Below, in pieces: positions 53,641-64,000 of a stretch of 64,000 nucleotides of DNA. Numbering within the stretch: position 1 is the stretch's first letter; each line of letters opens with the position of its first letter. Both the position numbers and the translations under genes were made by a program. A model generated the notes under the pieces. That model was given only the letters and a program-made list of their open reading frames with translations, was not told where the DNA came from and ran no database searches. The DNA is from the human T2T-CHM13v2.0 reference genome, Homo sapiens: assembly GCF_009914755.1 (NCBI RefSeq), contig NC_060931.1; one strand, given 5' to 3'.

Positions 53641-56600
53641 TCCCTGCCTCAAGAGACACTCCTTAGCAAATGAGTTTAATGAACAAGGAAGAATGCAAAA
53701 GATATATAGTACTGGAGATTTAGAAACAACTAGCGAAATCAAGATTGTTTCTTTAACCTAATGCTTCTCGAACTTGTTGGGCGACAGAACACTTTTACGT
53801 GTTATGCCTGTTAACAATACCTTGAACACTTATTCCATGGAATATAATTTACAATCTGCTGCTCAACAGCAAAACCACATATAGAAATCCTTGTTTAAAT
53901 TAGTGCTAGTACAGTTCTAGAGTTTACCTAGGCTGATTCTCACACTAACACCAAGAAGTAAGCTATAATTTTCCCTTGTGAAGAGTCAGAGTAGCAGAAT
54001 TGAAAGCTTACAGTACACAAGGCAGCCCAGAACTGGGGACCACACAGTGGTTCCATACTCAGCCTTACTTTTGTGAGACAGTCCCAGACTATTTTGTTTT
54101 TGGTAAAACACATAGCCTTCCCTATACATTTAGCATCACTCTAGAGATCAAACTTGAAGGAACTAGTTCATACCAGAGTATGAATGAGTGACAGGGGCCC
54201 AAGGGCTATTTACATATTTAAATAAATTGGTTAATTCCAAGGACTGTCATTTTAACTACAGTAATGGGCTCAAGGGGAAGAGATTTGGGAGTTCAAATAT
54301 CAGTAAATAGGTGATTGATCTCACAACAGTTCTGGGAAGCCAGCCTTGGATTTAATCTTAATAACTCATGCCAGTCAATCTCTGATTGTTCAGAAATCCA
54401 AAATTTATCGCTTTGTGCTTTAGCATTGTCTTTGGGTGATAGTAAATCTCTGAAAATCCTAAAAGGCAAATGAGAGAAAAAGAAGATTCAAAAGTTTTAT
54501 TTATTTATTTATTTGCCACTTGTTAACCAAGAAGATAAACTCCTTTGATTCAAGTGAGGCTTCAGGATTAACGCCAGGATTCGTAAGTGCATCTTCCCTC
54601 TTCATGAGAAAACAGAAAGCTGGCTGTCTCCTGCCACCTGTACTTCTATCCAAGAATAGGATTATTTTAAAACATTCTAAATCTCCTTCTGCCTCCTTTC
54701 CCACCGACTCAACAGGGCCTTGACGGCAATGCTTACCCTTCCCCATCCAATCAATAAGACTTTAAGCAAATCATTTAGTGTAACCAGTCAAGAAGAACCA
54801 ACTGTAAATCAGGTGCAGAAGGCAATTACAACAGCCTCAGTGACACACAAATGGCATTCTGTATTTGAAAAGTGAAGTCTCTGATAAGAACAGTATATTA
54901 CACCATCGTTTTTTTTCCTTCTATCCAAGAAGCACTGACAAGAAATGCATCAGGGGCAGCGACACCCTGCAACAGAGAGATAACACCAACCCCTATTTCA
55001 GGCTCTGTTTGGTTCCCACTGCCTGGTTAACAATGCTCATCTTGAAGGAGCAGGCCGAGTAAACTCTCAGCCCCATTCCCAGGCCAGACTGTAACTATTA
55101 CCTATGGTCTAAAGTGCAGTCAGTCATCCCACCCACCAGGGCTGTGGGAGAGGCCTCAGGGAATCAGACAGTCCTGCTGAGGAACTAGGGGTCTTCTTCC
55201 GCTAGATTAAATGTGAAAGGGAGCTTTTCTGAAAGGTGAGAATGTACTAAAGTGTGGCATATGACACACAAAGAGCTGCACAGCACGTGCACCCACAACA
55301 AGGGACCAGAAAGACAGGAGGGACTGGTAGCAGCATGACCTCACTAGTCATGGGCAACCATCACCTATGGAAGTTTTATCTGGCCAGCCACTGAGCTACA
55401 TGCTGCATCTGCCCTAATAGTGGAGATTACTAAGAAAGGGCAGTTGAGAGAGGTTAAGAGTTTTACTCGGGGCACCTGGCTAGCAAGTAGCAGACTCTGC
55501 TAGAACCAAAGCCCCATACTCTCTAGTACTGCCTCTAATGGGGTAAGCTTGGTCTAGGCAGCTACAGATTGGGGTATGGATTCCTGCCAGGCTTACTTCC
55601 TGATGTCCAGGGGCTGGCCGCACCACCAGCACTGCACTGACTCTTTCATCCACATAGAAGTGGGGTCAAGCTCCACATGAAAGTGCAAGTGCTGCCACCT
55701 CCTCTTAGTTCCCTAGGGTCACTCCCCCGTTAAGTCTCCTGCCTCTCAAATCTGAGTTTTCTGATGGAGTGCACACCAAAGCATTGGTAAATACACATCA
55801 AGGCATTAGATATGATGGAATGCACATCAAGACACAGGTAAATACACATCAAGGCATCAGATTGAAAATTTCTCTAAGCTGAGATTAAAATGATCACATA
55901 AATATTTCTTAATGGGGCAACATGCCACCCTCCAAACCTTTATTAAGCATGCTTTATGGTCTTCCAGCTCAGTGTTTAGTGTGGCCCAGCCCAGAATGGT
56001 CAGCACTCATATAATACTTGTTGAAAAAATAAACAATGAATGGGTCAAGCAGCTGATGACTTTTATAGAGAGTATGTCTTAGACTCACTGTAACACCACA
56101 ATGTGAAAATAGCTGGCGATGTATACTGAAATATTATATATTCAAGTCTATGATGGTCAAATCTATTGTACTGGCTTTCAAATGCACTTGAAAACCATTA
56201 CTCCCAAGTGAGTCCCCTGGAAACAAGCCAGAGCTTGTCCGGTCCATGAGTTACTCCCAAAGTATAAGTAAAGAGGTTCATCAGCTCTGCATATCCCTTC
56301 GGGAGCAATTGAGAAAATGAATAGTCTGCTGCTCCATGAGATCCAAGTGGCCTAATGAAATAGTGCATCTCCACAAGGCCCTAAATTATGTTGAGAGATT
56401 ATGTTGGTCATTAGGTAGCACCCCTACTGTGAGGAGCACTGGTCAACGCAAATCAAAGAGAGCTGGGAAACACATCCAGTCACTGAGGAGTCATGAGCTC
56501 ATTGCCTATATAAAATGCAACTGAACTGACTACCCTGGTGTACGGGTCTCCCCAGCCCATGGGCAAGCTACTATTTGCCAGGGAATACTTATGCCCTCTG

Positions 56601-57617
56601 GATGTGTCTAGAAATGGTTAGGTGGCTTTTTGGGCCCAATGTAGTTATGTTAACAAAATCAATAGCAAGCCAGTGTTAGGCTAATTCAAAAGCTGTATCT
56701 TGCTTTCAAATGGCAGATTCAGTGAATTTTAGTCCATGTTCATATACTGTAATATTTTTGGATGTGCCTTTTTAAGATAAAAAGAGTAGAAAGTCTAGCT
56801 CCATGCAATTCCCTCAAATGAAAACTACAATTTCCTAACCTTTGAAGGTTCATTTCTCTTAGGCTGTCATTAAAATTACATATGCTTTTAATTTGCTGAG
56901 TTGCATTTAGTGGGAAGCCTCCCAAGCCACATGCTGTGCTCTGTTACTCACTCCTGTATTCCGGGGGCATTGCTCCTCAAAAGAGTAGTCATAATTGAAA
57001 TACCCTCTAAGATAGGATAAAATCATCTTCTACAGAACATGCTCAGGCACATCATTTTTTAATGCTGTGTTTTTAGAAACACCTCACTGATTTTTTAAAA
57101 TAAGCTTGACTCTGCTTTCCTCCCTTAGTGAGAAAGTCTATCATTCCAAACATGTCATACTCACAATTTCAGCTGTTTTCCAATAAGGCAAGGGCAAAAA
57201 CGGTCAAAGCATGTTTTCTAGGGTGAGAAAGACATGCTTCCTCTCTTTCTGCACAAAGGGGATACGCAGAAAAATTCAGTGAACCTTTTCAGACTCAACT
57301 TTGAGGTGAGAACATGCGCACCTTCAGTCTCCTATCTCTTCCTCCATCAGTCCTCAAAAGCGGTCAGAATGGATAAGAGTTTCTTTCTTTCCTATTGCAC
57401 TTCATTCATTTTTGTCAATTTGATAGTTAAGAAATGTAGTCTAAAATAATACAGAATTTAATAAGATGAAAGCTTTGGTCACTATCATGCTTATTGGGCA
57501 CCATGCTAGAATGAAAAGGATGGATACAAATGTGGAATAAAATGTGCTTCCTTTAGAACATTTAAGGCAGCTTTTCGGGATTTATCCCAGAGAGTCAATC
57601 TCCCAGGACCAGTACTA

Positions 57618-58035
<418 letters not shown>

Positions 58036-58464
58036 CTAATATAGACTCTGCAGAGTTGCTGTAGGATTAAATTATAAGCACGTGGCCAGCTCCCAGTGGC
58101 ACACCCAGCACATGGTGGAGTGCATGTCCTGAATACATGCAACCTGAACACAAATCCAATGCTTGAGCTGCGTAACCTTGGGCACACGTGGAGGGAGATA
58201 CATCCTCCACGAAAGGGAGAATGGTATTCCCTAGCTACAGACTTCTCTTAATAACCATCTGTGTGTGTTAAACACTAATTGAGCAAATTTTATGTTCTAG
58301 GAACTTTTGTGTATATCTTTCTCTCTTTAAGGATATGTAAGAAAATCAGAAAGCTCTGCATAATACATTGTTTCAGGTAACCAGATACTATACACAAGAC
58401 TAAAGATTCAATATACTAAAACACATGCTGAGGTGTAAGATGATCTGCTCTTTGGAGAGTTAAC

Positions 58465-58492
58465 TTCATTCATTCATTCATTCATTCATTCA
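58465..58492. repeat. (TTCA)n repeat, about 7 units
   Basis: Seen directly in the sequence. Confidence 0.85.
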
Positions 58493-61427
58493 TGCACAGA
58501 ACACTTAGTATAGCTGTGGAAAGAGGCAACCAAGGCACTACTAGACACCGTTCAATAAGACATGGATCCTGTCCACACATAGGGAAGGGTTCCCTCATGG
58601 TACATGGCTCAGTTTCCTTCATAAGAAGTATTAGTTTTCTGTGTTTTCTCTCTCTCAAGGAGTTCCCTGATTAACTGGGAGACAAATGAAAATCAATTCA
58701 GGACTGGGCGATACGTGATAAAAGAAAACAATGTGCTGAATACCCTTCTGTCACTTCCAGTTTCATGAATGGAGAAAAAAAGTGTGTTAGATTTAGGAGT
58801 CCATCTACTTCTAATTAAGAATCTTGAAATGCATGGATGAAAAAATCTCCTGAATTCAGACCCTGCTAAATGCAAGTCTTTGTACTTCAGAAAAGGATTG
58901 ACTGTGGCTTACTCTTGTGGGGGCAAGGGCAACAGTGAGAATACAGTGCAAAGTAAGTGAAACAAACTAAGTGAACGAAGTGAAACAAAGCTGGAAGGTT
59001 CTATGGAGTCTTATGCTTCTGTAACTGAAGAAAAAGCAGGCTGAGAGGATCAGAGAGGAGACAGACACAGAGCAAAGATGAGATCTGATTTCATTCTTCT
59101 CTCTGTGCCTCTAATATCCATTAGACTCTTGGATGTTTCCAAGATGCGGGCTCCTTGTACCTCTTCAGCCTGCTCTGTCAGGCTGGCAATACCCTCTGTG
59201 TGCTCCATTCATCACTGAGTGTCCAAGCTCAGTGCCCGGGACAGCAAGAGCTCCCTAGATGTTTGTTCAGGCAACAGATGAGTGGGAAATGCTTGCTCTC
59301 CATGTCTGAGATCCTCTGGGGTGCTGCAGAGACAGTGGGCGGATGCCTTCCCAGGGCTGGTGCTGCAGCCAGGGCTCAGAGATCGTGTAGAGACTGACTC
59401 TGAAAAGTTGTGAAGCTATCACTTCTGTCCCATTCTCAATCACAATCCCGCACTGCCATGATAGAGGGACAACGAGGTGTCCTTTTGGCCCAGTTAACTT
59501 CTGCTCAAAGCAGCTCAGAGCACGTGGGGCTAGACAGTATCTTTATGTCACTCACCCGTGCTTTGAGAAGACTATGAGACTCCAGGCTGCAGGCGAGGAA
59601 TCACTGTATCCCAAGCTTGCTTAGATAGGACTCTTCACAATGTAGCTAAAACAATACAGGAACAGAGTGTATAATGGCATTTTTAAGGATATTAATCCAT
59701 TTGGTCCAAGGTGCCCCAGACAGGAAGAACTAGTCGCTTTATCTAAAAAGTCCAGGTCATTTTCTAGTTGAAGATCCTCAAGGGCTTACATCTGCACTCT
59801 TATCTTGGAACTTGGTATGGGAAGACGAATAGTAGTTCCTGCTAAGCCTCTAAGGTGAGAAGTGAGCTGTGAAATCACAATTGCATAAGAAGCACTTTAA
59901 ATGCTCTGTGTGAAATACTCTCTGCACTTGGATGCCCTAGAGTGACAGGTGTGGGGTGCTGGGAGGACAGAAGTCTAGGACCAGGGCAATAGGATGTGTG
60001 CAACGCTTTCCTGCTAAGAGGCTCCGTCTCTGTGGGATGAAGGGCAACCCAGTGGGATTCTTCCAGACACATGACAACTCAGGGAGTTTTGGGGAATCTG
60101 GCAGAGCAGGCAGAAGTTGGAGAGGAGAATGCAGAGGCAGGTAGCACTGAGGCACCTGCCAGAAAGGCAGCGGGCCTGAGGCTTCATGGCTGCAGGCTTG
60201 TGACTTCAGGTCTGTGATCTTCAATGTTCAAAAGAGGCAGGGCTCACCTCGGAGTATCAAGGGGCAGGACTTCAAGTTGCCCGTCCCATCTGAATGACAA
60301 CAGCTCTGCTGTACAGCAATTATTTACTGAGTTTCCGCTAAGCCTTTTTTGTTTTGTTTTGAAAAAGGGTTTGGTATGGAAAGGTCTGAAATGTGCTGAT
60401 ACAGGCTCTCCCAGCAGGATCCCAGCAGCTTTGGGTGGCTTCTGGGGTTGGAGAGACCCCTCTGGGAATGAAGCCAAGAGGGCTGGGTTGAGGGTAAGTC
60501 ACAGGTTTGGAGGGAATTTGCAAGGGAGAGTAAGTTCTTGCAGAGATTGGGCCATGATAGCAAGAAACGGACTGTGGCGAACTAGGGCAACGCGGATGAC
60601 AAGTCACATGCCTGGCCAATTTAACTCAGCCCTTCCCCCAACCAAGACAATGAGAGAGGCTGCTGCAACGCTTTCTTAAAAGGCTCAGGCAAGACAGCAG
60701 CCTGGGTAGTGGATCTGGGAAAGTGAGGCAAGGGCTGACAACATCTGCCTTTGCTTTGGCAGCTCTGCACGGAGGGAAGAGCGCTGGGCTTCGCAGCATC
60801 CACACTCTAGTCCCCTCTCCCGGCACATAGCTCGGAGACCAAACCTGCTGAGAGTGCCTTCCCAGGGAAATGGGAACCCTCAGGCATGGCTAGGTAGGGC
60901 TCACAGCTGTGTACTTTTGGGCATTATAAAAGTTAATAACATTGGGACTGTTTCTGCTTTGGATGCAAATAATTGAAATGGAAATGCAAACATGCGCTTT
61001 TGATGATTAGGAGATGAAAAAAGAAACAATTAGCATGAAGGTTAATAATGGGCAAAATAGTTTTTTTCTCCTTGACAAGAAGTCAGATGCTCACTAAACA
61101 AAATGTCCTTGAAAAACTCTTGGATTTTGTAATCCTCCTCTGGTGACACTAGAGAAAGCTTTAAATAGCTAAGGGCCAGAGAAATTCTAAAGAAAAATGC
61201 ACAGAAGGAGTTCAACTCCAGGTTACAGCCAATGACCCAGGTTGTCCCCAAGGTCTAAGCCGAGGAAGCTTGTTCTTCATTTCTCATCACTTGAGTGAGA
61301 TGCCAGGGACACAGGAAAATTTTTCTTCCATCTGGGAGATTTGCTATTACTGTGAACAATATTATCAGGACCACCGTGGTCTCCACCACTGCAAGTTTTT
61401 CCTGAGAGGCTGTTTGGGTATTGCCTT

Positions 61428-61786
61428 TGATATGGTTTGGCTGTGTCCTCACCCAAACCCCATCTCGAATTGTAGCTCCCATAATTCCCTCGTGCTGTGG
61501 AAGGGACCCAGTGGGAGATAATTGAATCATGGGGGCGGTTCCCCACATACTGTTCTCGCGCCAGTGAATAAGTCTCACGAGATCAGATGGTTTTATAAGG
61601 GGAAACCCCTTTTGCTTGGCTCTTACTCTTCTCATCTGCTGCTGTGTGAGATGTGCCTTTCACCTTCTGCCATGATGGTGAGGCCTCCCCAGCCATGTGG
61701 AACTGTGAGTCCATTAAACCTCTTTCTTTTGTAAATTGCCCAGTCTTGCATATATCTTTATCAGCCACACGTAAAGGACTAAAACA
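61428..61786 (+). mobile_element. Solo THE1 LTR (THE1B-like, MaLR)
   Basis: Starts tgatatggtttggctgtgtcc and ends in CA, with a perfect 5-bp TSD gcctt on both sides. Confidence 0.93.
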
Positions 61787-62344
61787 GCCTTGTCCCTTCT
61801 AAAAAAAAAATACTAGTACTCTACTGGCCTAATTGCAAAGTTGAGGAGAGCAGCTCTGTTTTTTGTTGCCATCCTTATCTGATGATGCAACCTATCTGAT
61901 ATCTTGATCAAAGTGCATTAAGGCACAAAAGGAGGCAAACCATTTAGTGAGTGGTTCTACTGAGGCTGTCTATTCAGGTGGGGCATTCTCCCAGCACAGG
62001 CACCCCCAGAATTCTCTCTCAACACTCAATGACACCACAACAGCGTTTTTCATTCAAAGGGGCACACACATTTTGAGGCTCTTAATGCTCTTACTATAAG
62101 GTGCACAGCTGAGGGTTTTGAAGGCCATTTCTAATAAGCTAAGACTACACTACTACTCCAAAAAGCCTAGGAAAATGGCTGGCCCCTCCAGTAAGAGAAT
62201 AGGTGGTGGTATGCTAGACAAGAAAAAGTCAAAGCCATTTGGTCTTGAATGTTCATCTAACACTTACAAGCTGTGTGATTTTGGAAAGAAGTGAGCGACT
62301 CCCTAAATCTGAGTGATTTCATCTGTACCCTGGGCCTGCTGCAG

Positions 62345-62830
62345 TGCATACTGTTGGTTGCTTACCTAAGATTGCCCCCTCCTCCTTCCTAAGAGGACCC
62401 TGTTTTATTCAGGTGTCCACTCACCCTCCAGGCAGCCCTAGCACCTGAGTGAATGCTGACCACCCCACCCACCTCCAGAGGTAGCCCTGATTGGTCTGAG
62501 TGCAACTCCTTTTACTGTGACAGTATTTGGTTCAGAAATAGAAGTGGGCACAAATTCAAGCCAAGGACCAAGCAGAGGGTGGATTCAGTGTTTCTGTAAT
62601 TATTTTCCATCCTTCTGGGATCACATTCTGAAGAGACCCCTGTCTCTTCCATGGGATGATGTGGTGTGCAAATGTCCCTCACTACTGCCACCCCCTTACT
62701 AGCCACTGAGCAATAAAGCTGCCACACAGAGGAGGGAAGAGCCCAGGGAATCATGGGGAAATGGGCTACCACCCCTGGATTACGCTGGCCCTGAATTCTA
62801 CCTTAGTCTGGCTTCTAGTTAAAGAGCCAA
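62345..62830. mobile_element. Old MLT1 (J/K/L-like) LTR fragment
   Basis: 'ctgttggttgcttaccta..ccttccta..gacc..ttttattcagg..ctgattggtct' resembles old MLT1 LTRs. Confidence 0.45.
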
Positions 62831-62847
62831 CACATTTTCTTCTCTCG

Positions 62848-63147
62848 ATTTTTTAGTTTTATTTTTTAGAGATGGGGGTCTCGCTCTGTTGCCCAGACTG
62901 GAGTGCCATGGTGCAATCATGGCTCACTGCAGCCTCCACCTCCCAGTCTGAAGTGATCCTCCTGCCTCAGTCTTCCAAGGAGCTGGGACTACAGGTGTGC
63001 ACCATCATGCCTGGCTAATTTTTGTATTTTTTGTAGAGATGGGGTCTATGTTACCTGGGATGGTCTCAAACTCCTGGCCTCAAGCCATTTTTCCTTCTTG
63101 GCTTCCGAAAGTGTTGAGATTATAGGTGTAAGCCACCGAATCTGGCC
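62848..63147 (-). mobile_element. AluJ element
   Basis: Full dimer with J-type 'atcatggctcactgcagcctc'. The TSD-like sequence cattttcttct is on both sides. Confidence 0.92.
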
Positions 63148-63500
63148 CATTTTCTTCTTAAAGACCATTAATGTTTGGTTTTCTGTTGCTTACAAATGAA
63201 AGCATATGAAAAGCTAAAGATATCTGTTAGGATTTTGGGGAAGATACATTAAAAAAAGAATGTGCTTAACACAGGATTAAGTATAGAGTAAGCACTGAAA
63301 ATATGGTATTTCCTTTTATTGTAGTTTCTTTTTTGGGCCACACTGCTTCACCTCAATTAGGGGGTTCTCCCAGGGATCTACTTCAGTTTTATTCGGGCAC
63401 AGGGACATCACTGGCATTTTAAATGTTGGGAGGCTTTGTTTTATTTTTGGCAGTCTCTAGGGGCAGGGGAAAGAACTATATTCAACAAATCTTTAGCACC

Positions 63501-63976
63501 GGTTATGGTTTTAATTTTGCTCCCCCCAAAAGATATGCTGAAGTCCTCACACCAGTACCTCAGAATGTGACACTATTTGGAAACAGTGCCATTGCAGATG
63601 TAATTAGTTACGATGCAGTCATACTGGAGCAGAGTTGGCCCCTAGTCCAGTATAACTGGCGTCCTTATAAGAAGATGGCAATATGAAGACAGTCACACAG
63701 GGAGAACGCCACGTGACAACAAAGGCAGAGACTGAAGTGATGCAGCTGCAAGCGAGGAAATGCCAAGGATGGCCAGCAATTCAACAGAAACCTGTGAAAG
63801 GCAAGGAGAGATTCCCCTGCAGATTTCAGACAGAGCAAGGCCCTGTGAGCCATGCTCCAAAACTAGGAGACCATAACTTTCTCATAGCCTCCAAAACTAT
63901 GAGACCATAATTTCCTGTTGTCTGAAGGCTCCTCATTGGTAGTACTTTGTTACAGCAGCCCTAAGCAATGAACACA
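63501..63976 (+). mobile_element. MLT1C-like MaLR LTR
   Basis: 'ccccccaaaagatatg..cagaatgtgac..tatttggaaa..gcagatgtaattagtta..ggcagagactgaagtgatgcagctgcaagc..tttgttacagcagcccta'. Confidence 0.85.
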
Positions 63977-64000
63977 GTGCTTATTCAGAAACATGTAATG

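Noticed and set aside
60550-60900. Slightly GC/CpG-richer patch as a CpG-island promoter
   Set aside because: There are too few CpGs for an island, and the motifs (e.g. TTCCCAGGGAA) are imperfect.
61255-61768. Cluster of overlapping ORFs
   Set aside because: They derive from the THE1 LTR and have no coding features.

Overview
Primate, almost certainly human, genomic DNA inside the ELMO1 gene (chr7p14), which is transcribed on the minus strand. Three coding exons can be read directly, each with canonical AG/GT ends and matching phases: 21361-21198 (164 nt), 14016-13904 (113 nt) and 4467-4360 (108 nt). From memory these are exons 17-19 of the full-length transcript, about residues 480-608, covering the end of the ELMO domain, the DOCK-binding helix and the start of the PH domain. 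Everything from 21362 to 64000 is one long intron. It contains MIR1200 (45750-45825, minus strand) and ordinary mammalian repeats: Alus, MaLR LTRs, MIR, L2, L1M, MER DNA transposons and microsatellites. The supplied ORFs are otherwise spurious, and I see no evidence of a new protein-coding system. The best lead is a possible recursive-splicing architecture. A strong polypyrimidine-CAG|GTAAGT site lies at 38978/38979 on the ELMO1 sense strand and overlaps a small hairpin. Exon 17 also begins with a donor-like GTAATG, which includes the ATG of the short isoform. Other leads are a 59-bp locally templated duplication bracketing exon 18, a THE1B LTR with an intact DUX4 site, and a G4/AP-1-MAF/TEAD cluster just upstream of exon 17. 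Repeat families and boundaries were called by eye and are approximate unless TSDs are quoted.
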